A DNA stretch of 64,000 nucleotides from Algoriphagus sp. (GCA_017858365.1 JAFMBQ010000001.1:4052-68051), one strand, 5' to 3'; counted from the first letter of the stretch, positions 28,611 to 38,325 are shown. The notes: a model not told the origin generated them from the sequence alone. Program-made: numbers and translations.

Positions 28611-30479
28611 ATGAAGAAATTATCCTTGACGCTCCTTCTATTTTGTCTTGCATTTTTGACATTGGCTCAAGAACTCAAAGAAAGCACTTTCAAATCTGAA
28701 ATTAAATCAGCGACTATTTTCCTTTCAGGAGCACAGATTTTTGAATCAGCCCTTGGCAATTTCCCAGCGGGGGAATCTGTGGTGGTGATCAAAGGACTTT
28801 CACCCTATCTAGATGAAAAAAGTATCCAAGTCAAAGGGAAAGGGAATTTTGTGATTCAGGCTGTAAATCGACGATTGGACTATTTGTCAGAAAAAAACAT
28901 TGGTGAGGAAGTTAAAAAACTCGAGGAACAAATCGATGCGATCGGACGAAATCAAAGTATAGAATTGGGCAGATTGGAGATTTTAGGGGAAAAAAGTTCG
29001 CTACTCAATGCCAATAAAAATCTTGGAGGAAGCCAAAGCACTACATCCATAGCAAGTTTAAAGCAAGCCTTAGACTTTTATGATGCGGAATTGACCAATA
29101 TCAAAAAGGAAGAGCTTCAGATCAAAGCAAACATGCAGGAGGAGGACAGAAAACTAAACTCCCTGAACAGACAGCTAGCCAGTCTTCAAGCTTCCGAGAA
29201 TAAATCCACCTCCGAAATTCGGATAAAAATCAAAGCTGCATCTGCAGGCTCAGCCAGTTTGGAACTCAATTATCTTGTTCAAAATGCCGGCTGGTATCCG
29301 AAATACGATGTGCGTGTCAAAGATGTGAGTAGTCCGCTTTCGCTGAATTACAAAGCCGAAGTCTTCCAAAATACGGGAGTAGATTGGAAAAATGTCAAGT
29401 TGAGATTTTCAAATGGCAACCCATCCCAAGACGGCCAAATGCCTGAAATCGACAAATGGGAATTGAATTATCCGCGTTTGACAGTCTATCAGCCTAGAAA
29501 TACGCAACCATTTTCCGGAACAGTTAGCGGTAGGGTTGTAGATCAACGAGGGGAAGGAATTCCTGGAGCGACGGTTTTGGTGAAAGGAACTACAATCGGT
29601 ACAAGCACAGGTTTAGATGGATCTTATTCGATTACAGTCCCCGGAAAAAATGGCAGTTTATTCTTCTCATTTGTAGGGATGAGGCCAGAAGAAAGGCCGA
29701 TTAATTCCTCGATTCTCAATGTGCAGCTCTACGAAGACAGTCAATTACTCCAAGAGATGGTAGTCACTGGGTATGGCTCTTCAAACAAAAAAGCCTTAAC
29801 CGGGCTTCGGGGCACTGCATCTCCAGCCATGGCGGATGCTCAAACCATCCAAACCTCCATTCAGGAAAATCAAACCACCGTAGAGATCGAAGTGACTGAG
29901 CCCTACACCATCAAGTCCAATGGAGAACGAACCTTAGTAGATCTTCAAGGGTACCAGATTCCGGCGACTTATCAATATTCTGCGATTCCTAAGTTAGCCA
30001 AGGATGCCTTTCTGATTGCAGAAATCAACGATTGGAGCAAATACAGCTTGCTTCAGGGCGAGAGTAATTTGTATTTCGAGGATGGTTATGTGGGGAAATC
30101 CATCTTGGATGCGACTTCGCTTCAGGATACCTTAGGAATCTCCATGGGAAGAGATCGAAGCATCGTTCTCGACCGAAGGAAGAATGAGGAGTTTTCTCAA
30201 AAGCGAATGATCGGTTCCAACATCACTGAAAGCAGACAATATGAGATCCTGATTCGAAACAATAAATCCCAAGCTATCAGCCTGAAAGTAACCGATCAAA
30301 TCCCAATCTCAGTTAACTCCGAGATTCAAGTAGAAGCAAAAGAACTTTCCGGTGGAAAACTTGATCCGAATACCGGATTTATTGAATGGGAAGTCCCCCT
30401 CAAACCTGGCGAGCAGAAAACGCTGGTTTTTGGCTATGAGGTCAAATATCCGAAGCGGGAAAAAGTGATTTTAGACTAA
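28611..30479 (+). CDS. DUF4140/DUF4139 (MuiA-like) protein with inserted carboxypeptidase-regulatory-like domain
   Basis: ATG at 28611 with signal peptide; coiled coil; AGWYPKYDVR, QNTGVDW; insert VSGRVVDQRGEGIPGATVLVKGTTIGT. Confidence 0.8.
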   Translation: MKKLSLTLLLFCLAFLTLAQELKESTFKSEIKSATIFLSGAQIFESALGNFPAGESVVVIKGLSPYLDEKSIQVKGKGNFVIQAVNRRLDYLSEKNIGEEVKKLEEQIDAIGRNQSIELGRLEILGEKSSLLNANKNLGGSQSTTSIASLKQALDFYDAELTNIKKEELQIKANMQEEDRKLNSLNRQLASLQASENKSTSEIRIKIKAASAGSASLELNYLVQNAGWYPKYDVRVKDVSSPLSLNYKAEVFQNTGVDWKNVKLRFSNGNPSQDGQMPEIDKWELNYPRLTVYQPRNTQPFSGTVSGRVVDQRGEGIPGATVLVKGTTIGTSTGLDGSYSITVPGKNGSLFFSFVGMRPEERPINSSILNVQLYEDSQLLQEMVVTGYGSSNKKALTGLRGTASPAMADAQTIQTSIQENQTTVEIEVTEPYTIKSNGERTLVDLQGYQIPATYQYSAIPKLAKDAFLIAEINDWSKYSLLQGESNLYFEDGYVGKSILDATSLQDTLGISMGRDRSIVLDRRKNEEFSQKRMIGSNITESRQYEILIRNNKSQAISLKVTDQIPISVNSEIQVEAKELSGGKLDPNTGFIEWEVPLKPGEQKTLVFGYEVKYPKREKVILD

Positions 30480-30483
30480 ACCT

Positions 30484-30521
30484 AAAAGGGGCTAGTGCAT
30501 AGATTTGTTAGCCCCTTTTTA
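30484..30521. terminator. Bidirectional terminator-like hairpin
   Basis: AAAAGGGGCTA...TAGCCCCTTTTT between convergent genes. Confidence 0.7.
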
Positions 30522-31064
30522 TAACTTCTTGGAAAGTCCAAGTCCAAAAGAAGTCACATTGTATGCCGTCCATCTGAAATCTTGACTTAGGATCCCAAAG
30601 ACTTCCCAGCCTTTTCGGATTTCAACTCCATATTCGATTGAAAATCGAGTAAGCGTAAAATTCTCCTCTTCAGTTGAAAATTCTTTGCCCATTCCGAGTG
30701 AAATGGCCCATCGTTCAGTTAGTTTAAAAACTCCTGTAATTGCTGGGGCTATGGGGCGATTACGTTCTAAGATTTGGCCATTTTCATCTTCAATATAAAA
30801 TTTCTCATTCAGGAGATCAGTATGTAATCCAATAGCCCATTTCGGATTGATCCAATAATTATAATCAATCGCTAAGGATGGCACTGCTAGAAACTCCTTG
30901 TTTCCCTCGGCATTTCGACCTTGCCCGATTCGCGCATGACCGATGACAAAAGAAATACTATGCTTACTTTCTAACTCGCTTTCTTCTTTTTCTTCTGCCC
31001 CAGACTGCGCAATAGCACCAAGTGAAAAAGACAATAAATAACAAAGGAACAGGAGTTTCTTCAT
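30519..31064 (-). CDS. Hypothetical exported protein, probable beta-barrel
   Basis: Signal peptide and amphipathic strands; no recognised motif. Confidence 0.6.
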   Translation of the reverse strand: MKKLLFLCYLLSFSLGAIAQSGAEEKEESELESKHSISFVIGHARIGQGRNAEGNKEFLAVPSLAIDYNYWINPKWAIGLHTDLLNEKFYIEDENGQILERNRPIAPAITGVFKLTERWAISLGMGKEFSTEEENFTLTRFSIEYGVEIRKGWEVFGILSQDFRWTAYNVTSFGLGLSKKL

Positions 31065-31140
31065 AGCAAAAATTTTTTAGTCGAGTTAAAAGTAACTTTT
31101 GACCTAATGCTAATCAACTAACACCTGCAAGGATTGATCA

Positions 31141-31171
31141 AAAAAAGGCAAGAATACAATCCTTGCCTTTT
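31141..31171 (-). terminator. Terminator after the TPR-protein gene
   Basis: AAAAAAGGCAAG...CTTGCCTTTT. Confidence 0.7.
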
Positions 31172-31191
31172 CCGATAAACAACCATTTTCT

Positions 31192-31917
31192 TTAATTCAA
31201 ACTTGGGAGCAGGCTTTTGCTCACCCAATAAAACTCTGGCTCGATCTCCAAGGCTTTTCCCCAAGTGGCTTTGGCCTTCACCTGATCCCCCATTTCCTTC
31301 TGAAGGATTCCTGTCCAGGCTAGATTGTCCAAGTGTATCCAGCTTTTCTCTAAATCCGTACCCAAAAGCTTTTGAGTAGATTTTTCGAAAGCTTTTAAAG
31401 CAAGTTCTTTATCGCCTCCCCACATCTCAGGAGTAAAGTATTGATTGGAGGCATACATTTTCAGTACAATAGGGGATTCTGGGTTTTGTTTCATCGCTTG
31501 TTCTAGCAAGTCCGAACTTTTGCCTCCAAGCATCATCGCTTTCAAAGGGGAATGGGCAATTTTAAATCCGTACAATCCAGATAATAAGGCCTTGGCCTCA
31601 GCTCCATACTTTTTACCATCAGCGAGTTTTTCCAATCGACTTTCACATTCATCTACATAGCTTTCAAAAAGCTTTTTGTCCATATCGACCATGGATACAT
31701 TGAGTAAACCATATTCGGTAAATGCAAGTTGGAATTCGGAGTCAGGTGAAGGCTGATCTTGGTAAAGTTTCATAGCAAACGCGACGTTGTTTTTCCAGGC
31801 AGATTTGTCAGACTTCAAATAAGCCATGTAATTCATTTGCTTTAGCTCCTGCGGAATTCCCATGGCAAGCAACACAAACATCATGGGAATGATTAGAAAT
31901 TTAGAGTTCGTTTTCAT
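31192..31917 (-). CDS. Exported TPR-like helical protein
   Basis: Signal peptide; helical repeats ending ATWGKALEIEPEF. Confidence 0.65.
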   Translation of the reverse strand: MKTNSKFLIIPMMFVLLAMGIPQELKQMNYMAYLKSDKSAWKNNVAFAMKLYQDQPSPDSEFQLAFTEYGLLNVSMVDMDKKLFESYVDECESRLEKLADGKKYGAEAKALLSGLYGFKIAHSPLKAMMLGGKSSDLLEQAMKQNPESPIVLKMYASNQYFTPEMWGGDKELALKAFEKSTQKLLGTDLEKSWIHLDNLAWTGILQKEMGDQVKAKATWGKALEIEPEFYWVSKSLLPSLN

Positions 31918-31926
31918 TTTTGTAAA

Positions 31927-31947
31927 TAGGTTTATAATATAAACTTA
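31927..31947. promoter_or_regulatory. Palindromic operator, copy 2
   Basis: TAGGTTTAT-AAT-ATAAACTTA, a near-copy of the palindrome at 32861-32881. Confidence 0.6.
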
Positions 31948-31970
31948 ATTGATAAAATTTTTTTGCTCTG

Positions 31971-32258
31971 TTACTCGATGTATTTTTTGAGCGTTTCTAC
32001 ATAGGCTTCAAAGGCATTCAAACCTTCTGGAAGAATTTTGCAAGTGGTTAATGGTCTTTTGCCCCGAAAAGATTTCTCAATGGCGATGTATCCTGCCTTT
32101 TCCAATTTGTCCAGTTGAACGCTAAGATTACCGGCAGTTGATTCTGTTTTTTCTTTTAGAAAAGTGAACTCCGCTTCCTCCACACTGATGAGTAAAGACA
32201 TCACTGCAAGACGCAACTGAGAATGTAAAAGGGGATCTAAAGGCTTAAACTCGCTCAC
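31971..32258 (-). CDS. Winged-helix transcriptional regulator (ArsR/MarR-like)
   Basis: LDPLLHSQLRLAVMSLL, AEFTFLKE, GNLSVQLDKLEKAGYI. Confidence 0.85.
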   Translation of the reverse strand: MSEFKPLDPLLHSQLRLAVMSLLISVEEAEFTFLKEKTESTAGNLSVQLDKLEKAGYIAIEKSFRGKRPLTTCKILPEGLNAFEAYVETLKKYIE

Positions 32259-32820
32259 GATAGGTTGTTTTCAGGTAATAACCAGGGACCAAATATCCTA
32301 AAATCATCGCAATTCCTGCTATCAGGTACTGATCGTTGACTGGCAATAAAAAGGCAATCACTGCTCCTGCCATCAGAAGTATTCCACAATTTCGAATTAC
32401 ATTAACCCGAACAAGAATCCCTGTACTGATTACTCCTATTCCGGCAAGAATCAAAATGATCGGATTTTGCTGAAAACTTAGCGTAGACATAAAACTCAAT
32501 GTGATCAACATCCCCACAAAAACTGAAATCCAAATTCCACCGAGCATATCATCCAAATGGGTTTTTACCCGAGCTCGATTTCGCTTACGAATACTATCCC
32601 AGATGCTGACTCCAGTGGCAGGGATGGTTAGCAACCAAACAATATGTGGAGTCTCATATCCAATTTTTTCCAAAGTGTAGTGCCCAAAGTTGCAGATCGC
32701 AACCACCCAGCCCCATAGCAGCAATTGGAAACTTCCATCGCCTGCGGCTTCTCTTTTCGCTTTGCTGATCATCTGCGTGATGAGCTCCAAAGACTCTTTA
32801 CTACTCAGTTCTTTTTCCAT
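32245..32820 (-). CDS. Hypothetical 6-TM membrane protein co-transcribed with the wHTH regulator
   Basis: ESLELITQMI, LLWGW, LGYLVPGY; overlaps the regulator start. Confidence 0.7.
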   Translation of the reverse strand: MEKELSSKESLELITQMISKAKREAAGDGSFQLLLWGWVVAICNFGHYTLEKIGYETPHIVWLLTIPATGVSIWDSIRKRNRARVKTHLDDMLGGIWISVFVGMLITLSFMSTLSFQQNPIILILAGIGVISTGILVRVNVIRNCGILLMAGAVIAFLLPVNDQYLIAGIAMILGYLVPGYYLKTTYRERV

Positions 32821-32850
32821 ATTTTTTGAATTATATCATTCATAACGGGA

Positions 32851-32886
32851 CAAACATAAATAGGTTTATGTTATAAACCTATTTAT
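32851..32886 (-). promoter_or_regulatory. -7 box overlapped by a perfect 14-bp inverted repeat (operator, copy 1)
   Basis: Minus-strand TATGTTTG at 32851-32858; ATAAATAGGTTTAT-GTT-ATAAACCTATTTAT at 32856-32886. Confidence 0.7.
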
Positions 32887-32985
32887 TCAAAAATTATTTT
32901 TTTCTTCTTTCTTCAGTTGGATTGATTAGCCGCAATTCCTAAAATATTTTTTAACTTCTATGCTCAAACGCTTGGCATTCACATC

Positions 32986-33438
32986 ATGAAAAACATATTT
33001 GACCCAAAAACCACCGATGAATTAATTGGTAGAATCAATGCGTTAAACCCAGATACTCCTGCACGTTGGGGCAAGATGACGGTAGCTCAAATGCTCGCCC
33101 ACAGCATTGTCGCCTACGATATGGCCTTTACAGATACCTATCCAAAGCCAAATGCTTTGATGCGGTTTATACTTAAGACATTTGTGAAAAACGGGGTAGT
33201 CAATGAAACGCCTTATCCAAAGAATTCAAGAACTGCACCGGCATTTATTATATCCGATCGACGAGATTTTGAAAAGGAAAAGGCAAGATTAATTGGCTAC
33301 CTAGTCCAAACAAGAGATCTGGGAGCTTCACATTTTGAAGGCAAAGAATCTCTTTCTTTTGGGCCGATGAGTGCTGGCGAATGGAACAATCTCTTTTATA
33401 AACATCTTGATCATCATTTAACCCAATTTGGTGTATGA
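32986..33438 (+). CDS. DUF1569 / DinB-like protein
   Basis: WGKMTVAQMLAH, FGPMS...EW, KHLDHHLTQFGV. Confidence 0.85.
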   Translation: MKNIFDPKTTDELIGRINALNPDTPARWGKMTVAQMLAHSIVAYDMAFTDTYPKPNALMRFILKTFVKNGVVNETPYPKNSRTAPAFIISDRRDFEKEKARLIGYLVQTRDLGASHFEGKESLSFGPMSAGEWNNLFYKHLDHHLTQFGV

Positions 33439-33803
33439 ACCATCCCGCAAAATCTATCCGCCCTTTTATCGGTGCAAAAAATTACACCGAAAGTATTCGC
33501 TTTTATACCACGTTGGGATTTACTGTTCATTCCCTTGGCTCTAAGATGTCGGTGGTAAGCGTGAATGAACAACTCTCCTTTTATTTGCAAGATGCCTATG
33601 TAAAGGATTGGGTAGACAATACTATGCTCTTTTTAGAGGTAGAGGACCTTCAGCATCATTGGGAAGCGATGAAGGTTCTTGGCCTTCCAGATAAATTTCC
33701 GGGAGTTCGCCTTTCTGATATAAAAGTAAACGACTGGGGAAGTGAATTTTTTCTTCATGACCCAAGCGGAATACTTTGGCACTTTGGTGTTTTTAAATCT
33801 TAG
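33435..33803 (+). CDS. VOC / glyoxalase family protein
   Basis: IRPFIGAKNY, WGSEFFLHDPSGILWHF. Confidence 0.8.
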   Translation: MNHPAKSIRPFIGAKNYTESIRFYTTLGFTVHSLGSKMSVVSVNEQLSFYLQDAYVKDWVDNTMLFLEVEDLQHHWEAMKVLGLPDKFPGVRLSDIKVNDWGSEFFLHDPSGILWHFGVFKS

Positions 33804-33863
33804 TTTTTTATAACTTACTAAGAGCTTGTCCGTAAACACTTTAAAACTTAAACTTTCTTAACT

Positions 33864-34487
33864 ATGAAAATGATCCTTGCTTCATTTCTTCTGGTATTTT
33901 TGACCAGCTCTGTCCTTTTTGCTCAGGAAAATTCTGATCGAACACATGATATGAATAAATTTCTCTCTAAAAACATAATGTACCCTATTGAAGCTCGCTC
34001 AAATGAAGTAGAGGGCTTAGTGGTAATTCAAGCTACTTTCGATGAGCAAGGGCAACCCATAAAGACATTAGTGATTTCTGGAAATGATTTATTGGCTGAG
34101 GAGGTAACGCGAACAGTAACCGCCCTTACCCAAAACTGGAATCCCGAGTACCTAGGCAATCGACCTAAGGCTGACTCTTACCTAATGAGCTTTCAATTCA
34201 AAATAGTAAAGGAGGAGAAAAGCTCCACGAAAATAAAGCAAATGCCAATGACGGAATATGCTGATCTTATGCAAAATCCAGAAAAGCAATTGAACCATGG
34301 CTTAGAAAACAATCCGTATAACTTCAAATTATATCAAGAGCGGGCAGAATTATATACTTCCTTGAACTTACCAGTTCTTGCAGAGAAAGATTTGATGCTT
34401 GCGGAGTATTTCAAGCAAAAGATGCTGACTGAGGTAGTGATAGTTGGCTACCAAGTCAAAAATAAAAGCCTTTCCGCTTTAGATTAA
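33864..34487 (+). CDS. Exported TonB C-terminal-domain protein with TPR-like tail
   Basis: Signal peptide; YPIEARSNEVEGLVVIQ. Confidence 0.7.
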   Translation: MKMILASFLLVFLTSSVLFAQENSDRTHDMNKFLSKNIMYPIEARSNEVEGLVVIQATFDEQGQPIKTLVISGNDLLAEEVTRTVTALTQNWNPEYLGNRPKADSYLMSFQFKIVKEEKSSTKIKQMPMTEYADLMQNPEKQLNHGLENNPYNFKLYQERAELYTSLNLPVLAEKDLMLAEYFKQKMLTEVVIVGYQVKNKSLSALD

Positions 34488-34510
34488 AGGTTAAAGCTTT
34501 TCAGAATAGC

Positions 34511-34546
34511 AAAGGGAAGAAAACGATAGATTTTCTTCCCTTTTTT
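34511..34546 (+). terminator. Terminator after the first TonB-C gene
   Basis: AAAGGGAAGAAAA...TTTTCTTCCCTTTTTT. Confidence 0.8.
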
Positions 34547-34724
34547 CTTTAAACCTATAAAATTCCAGATAGCCGATTCATGAATGAAACCTGCTGAAAT
34601 ATTTAAAAACAAGCTTAATCTGGCTAATTTTCTAACTAGAGCAAGCTTTACTTTAAAAACTCATTCTTTTGAGACCGATCAGATTTAGTTAATATTGTAC
34701 ACTTGTAGCAACCTTAGTTAATCC

Positions 34725-35372
34725 TTGTCTTTAATTTCCCGCCTTCTTTCTATCCTGATTTCCATTCTACTTTTTAGCCCAGTAATGGCTCAAAAGGATA
34801 GTCCATTTAATTTCTCTGGGCCAAAAGTTACGGCTGAATTCGTCTTGTCTGAAATCATTAGCTACCCCAAAGAAGCAGCAAGAGCACGAAAAGAAGGCAG
34901 AGTGGTTTATCAAGTCAAAATAGATTCCTCTGGTAATTTGGTAAGCTCCAAACTCGTTGAAGAAACTCATCCAGCCTTCAAGGAAGAGGCCCAAAAAGCA
35001 ATGAAATACTTGGAAGCAAGTTGGTACCCGGAATTATTGGGATTAAAAGCTACCGGAGAAAATTATTTAGTAGTGATGACATTTGCTAATTTAAACCTGC
35101 AAGTAGATCCTGCTGATCGACTTGCGCAAGCCAGTCGATTACTTGATAAAGGAAAAGTTGAAAAAGCGATCCCCATTCTCACTCGATTAATTGAAGACTA
35201 TCCTTTTGGTAAGGAATACTATGAGACAAGAGCAAAAGCATTTGCTCTAATTAGAAATAATGTTGAATCTGAAAAAGATACCCAACAGATCATAAATTTA
35301 GAAAAAACGGTCTTGATCGACTTAACAACATTCATGTATAGCACTAGATCCAAGGTTCCAATTTCGTTTTAA
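34725..35372 (+). CDS. Second exported TonB C-terminal-domain protein with TPR
   Basis: YPKEAARARKEGRVVYQVKIDSSG; TPR-like AIPILTRLIEDYP...YETRAKA; TTG start uncertain. Confidence 0.7.
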   Translation: MSLISRLLSILISILLFSPVMAQKDSPFNFSGPKVTAEFVLSEIISYPKEAARARKEGRVVYQVKIDSSGNLVSSKLVEETHPAFKEEAQKAMKYLEASWYPELLGLKATGENYLVVMTFANLNLQVDPADRLAQASRLLDKGKVEKAIPILTRLIEDYPFGKEYYETRAKAFALIRNNVESEKDTQQIINLEKTVLIDLTTFMYSTRSKVPISF

Positions 35373-35382
35373 CTAAAACACT

Positions 35383-35844
35383 ATGAAACTATCAACTCTA
35401 ATTTTACTTGCTTTTGTATTTACAGTTTTTCAAGCATGCAAGCCCACGCTAAAGGAAGCTGAGACAGAAGAAAATTTAATTGAGGAAACCGATGTCTACG
35501 AAAATTTTTCTCATAACTCCATGAATTCACTCGATTGGAATGGAACTTACAAAGGAATCTTACCTTGTGCAGACTGTGAAGGGGTAGAAACAATTTTGAC
35601 TTTCAATCCTGATCAAACCTATATCTTAGTTACGAATTACTTGGGAAGAAATGATGCCTTAGAGGAAGAAAAAAGAGGCTCTTTTTCGTGGAATGAGACG
35701 GGATCCATTATTACGCTTTCCAATATCAAATCAGGACCAAACCAATATAAGGTAGGTGAAAACCGTATCTGGCATCTCGACATCAATGGAGAAGTGATTA
35801 CCGGAGATTTAGCAGATCATTACGTTTTGACAAAATCGTTATGA
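35383..35844 (+). CDS. NlpE N-terminal-domain lipoprotein
   Basis: Lipobox FQAC; NSMNSLDWNGTYKGILPCADCEG. Confidence 0.85.
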   Translation: MKLSTLILLAFVFTVFQACKPTLKEAETEENLIEETDVYENFSHNSMNSLDWNGTYKGILPCADCEGVETILTFNPDQTYILVTNYLGRNDALEEEKRGSFSWNETGSIITLSNIKSGPNQYKVGENRIWHLDINGEVITGDLADHYVLTKSL

Positions 35845-36777
35845 CTATTTAAACCGAACGATTTTTCCATGAGCCTTTGAAGTCATTTCCTTAGGGACTA
35901 CTGCGGTAATTTGATTGAAAAGGAGTTCAACCAATTTTTGCTTCAGAAAACTTCGATTCAATATGATACTCACTTCCCGGATTGGAGCTATGCCTTTGAA
36001 GGGTCTCAATCGGCCTCTTTCTTCTTTTGATAGCTCCAAAGTCGCCAATTCTGGCAGTAAAGTAACTCCTTGGTAACGATTGACCATATTTTTCAAACCT
36101 TCCAAAGAACCGCTTTCATAATGAAAATTCGTAGGGCCGCTCATCGTCTGATCGCAAAGATTGAGCACCTGATCTCGGAAGCAATGGCCTTGCTGTAAAA
36201 CCCAAAAATCTTCCTTTTTCACTTTTGTGGGATCAAAAAACTCTTCCCTCAACAAGGGATGATCTTGGGATAGGTAGGCATAAAATTTCTCGTAAAACAT
36301 GGGCTTCTCCAAAATTCCTGTTTCGTCCAACGGAGTGACCACAATCCCCAAATCCAACTCATCATTTTTTAACTTTTTGACCACTTCTTCTGTGACCATT
36401 TCTTGGACCACGAGGTTTACTTTAGGATATTTTTCAACAAAATTTCGAATAAATAGGTGAAGTAAATAGGGTGCGAGCGTCGGAATAATACCAAGTTTGA
36501 CCACTCCTGAAATATCCCCTTTCAGGTGAGCTACTAGCTCAAAAATCCCTTTGCTTTCAGACAAAACCCGTTTTGCTTGTGCTATAATTTGAACTCCAAT
36601 CTCGGTTGGAATCACTGGCATTTTGCTTCGATCAAATAGAATCACGCCCAGATCACGCTCCAGTTTACTTAATTGAGCACTTAGTGTGGGTTGTGTGACA
36701 AAGCAGCTTTCCGCGGCATTTCCAAAGTGCCTATGCTTGTCCACCGCAATGAGGTATTCGAGTTGTTGGATCGTCAT
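35845..36777 (-). CDS. oxyR: OxyR-like LysR regulator (hydrogen peroxide-inducible genes activator)
   Basis: AAESCFVTQPTLS HTH; GIIPTLAPYLL; GHCFRDQVLNLC (Cys199/Cys208-equivalent pair). Confidence 0.85.
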   Translation of the reverse strand: MTIQQLEYLIAVDKHRHFGNAAESCFVTQPTLSAQLSKLERDLGVILFDRSKMPVIPTEIGVQIIAQAKRVLSESKGIFELVAHLKGDISGVVKLGIIPTLAPYLLHLFIRNFVEKYPKVNLVVQEMVTEEVVKKLKNDELDLGIVVTPLDETGILEKPMFYEKFYAYLSQDHPLLREEFFDPTKVKKEDFWVLQQGHCFRDQVLNLCDQTMSGPTNFHYESGSLEGLKNMVNRYQGVTLLPELATLELSKEERGRLRPFKGIAPIREVSIILNRSFLKQKLVELLFNQITAVVPKEMTSKAHGKIVRFK

Positions 36778-36913
36778 ATATTCTAAAGTATCAAAATACC
36801 AAAAGAGTTTCCGCTACCCACTTTTCTCCACCTGTCAAATACCTCGATCTTAATTTCTCTAAACTCAAGAAAAGCTGTAATTTATTCCCACTCAATTCAT
36901 TAAACCTAAAATC

Positions 36914-38224
36914 ATGAGCAAGTCCTCTTTTTCAAGAAGAAAATTCCTCGCCACTTCCCTGCTTACTACGGCCGGACTTGGCGCACTGCCGCAGCTCTCC
37001 TTCGGAGCTAGTGCAAAGACATTAAAATCTAGAGATACCTCAAAGGTCCGTTTAGGATTCATAGGAGTCGGTCGGCAAGCTATGGGCTTATTGGGAAATT
37101 TTATGAAAAACCCCAATGTGGAAGTTATGGCTGCCGCCGATGTGTATAAAATCAAACTAGATCGCTTTAAAATCCGAACAGAAAAACTCTATGCTGATCG
37201 AGGGGGAAAAGCGGGAGAAATCGGCCTTTATGCTGATTACAAAGATCTCCTAAAAAGAAGCGATGTAGATGCGGTGGTAATTGCCTCCCCAGATCATTGG
37301 CACGCCTTGATGGCCATCCATGCTTGCAAGGCAGGAAAGGATATTTACTTAGAAAAGCCGCTGACCTTCACCATCAAAGAGGGTCAGGAGTTAGTAAAAG
37401 CCGTTCGCTCCAATGGAATTGTCTTAGGGGTAGGAAGTATGCAACGTGCCGGTGGTAACTTCCAACACGCAGTTCGAATGGTTCAAAAAGGCTACTTGGG
37501 AAAAATCTCAACTGTATATGCAAACGTGGGCACACCTCCATTTCCAAAAGAAATTGATTTTGAGGCACAGGCTGTCCCTGCAGGATTGGATTGGAAAACA
37601 TGGAACGGACCAATTCCGGAAGTTCCCTATTTTCCAGATCTGAATCCTCCAATTAGTCTTAATCCCGAGGAGAATGAGAAAGCTTGGGGAGCTTGGCGTT
37701 GGTACAAGAAAACCGGTGGAGGATTGATGACTGACTGGGGAGCTCACATGTTTGATATTGCCCAGTGGGGAATCGGAATGGATCGTAATGGTCCGGTAGA
37801 AATAATTGTGGATAAAGGGGAAGAGCCGATGAAATACCGCTATGCAAATGGAATCGAGATGATCGTCTCACCCTTTGATGACAATACTAGACAAGGGGTA
37901 AAGTTTATTGGGGAAAAGGGATGGATAACAGTTTCAAGAGGGAATTATGCTACTTCAGTAAAGGAATGTGAAATGAGTTTTGACAAAGAACAATTGGGTT
38001 TTTCGCCTCATCATATAGATTTTATCGATTCCGTGTTGATGCGAAAGGATCCAATCGTACCGGTAGAAGTGGGTCATAGTACTTGTACGGTTTGTACGAT
38101 TGGAAATATTGCTCACGACCTTGGCCGTTCATTAAAATGGGATCCAATTGCCCAGGTATTTATTGGAGATGCCGAAGCAAACGCTCGATTGCATTACAAT
38201 TATGAAAATGGGCTAGCGCTATAA
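36914..38224 (+). CDS. Gfo/Idh/MocA oxidoreductase with Tat signal
   Basis: SRRKFL; GFIGVGRQ; PDHWH, KDIYLEKP; DWGAHMFD. Confidence 0.9.
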   Translation: MSKSSFSRRKFLATSLLTTAGLGALPQLSFGASAKTLKSRDTSKVRLGFIGVGRQAMGLLGNFMKNPNVEVMAAADVYKIKLDRFKIRTEKLYADRGGKAGEIGLYADYKDLLKRSDVDAVVIASPDHWHALMAIHACKAGKDIYLEKPLTFTIKEGQELVKAVRSNGIVLGVGSMQRAGGNFQHAVRMVQKGYLGKISTVYANVGTPPFPKEIDFEAQAVPAGLDWKTWNGPIPEVPYFPDLNPPISLNPEENEKAWGAWRWYKKTGGGLMTDWGAHMFDIAQWGIGMDRNGPVEIIVDKGEEPMKYRYANGIEMIVSPFDDNTRQGVKFIGEKGWITVSRGNYATSVKECEMSFDKEQLGFSPHHIDFIDSVLMRKDPIVPVEVGHSTCTVCTIGNIAHDLGRSLKWDPIAQVFIGDAEANARLHYNYENGLAL

Positions 38225-38246
38225 TTTCAATTAACTATTAGAATCC

Positions 38247-38282
38247 AAAGGCATCAAAATTTAATTTTTGATGCCTTTTTTT
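38247..38282 (+). terminator. Terminator after the Gfo/Idh/MocA gene
   Basis: AAAGGCATCAAAA...TTTTGATGCCTTTTTTT. Confidence 0.8.
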
Positions 38283-38325
38283 AATCCTATTCCATTAAAT
38301 TGTGTTAAATCTAACTATTCATGAT

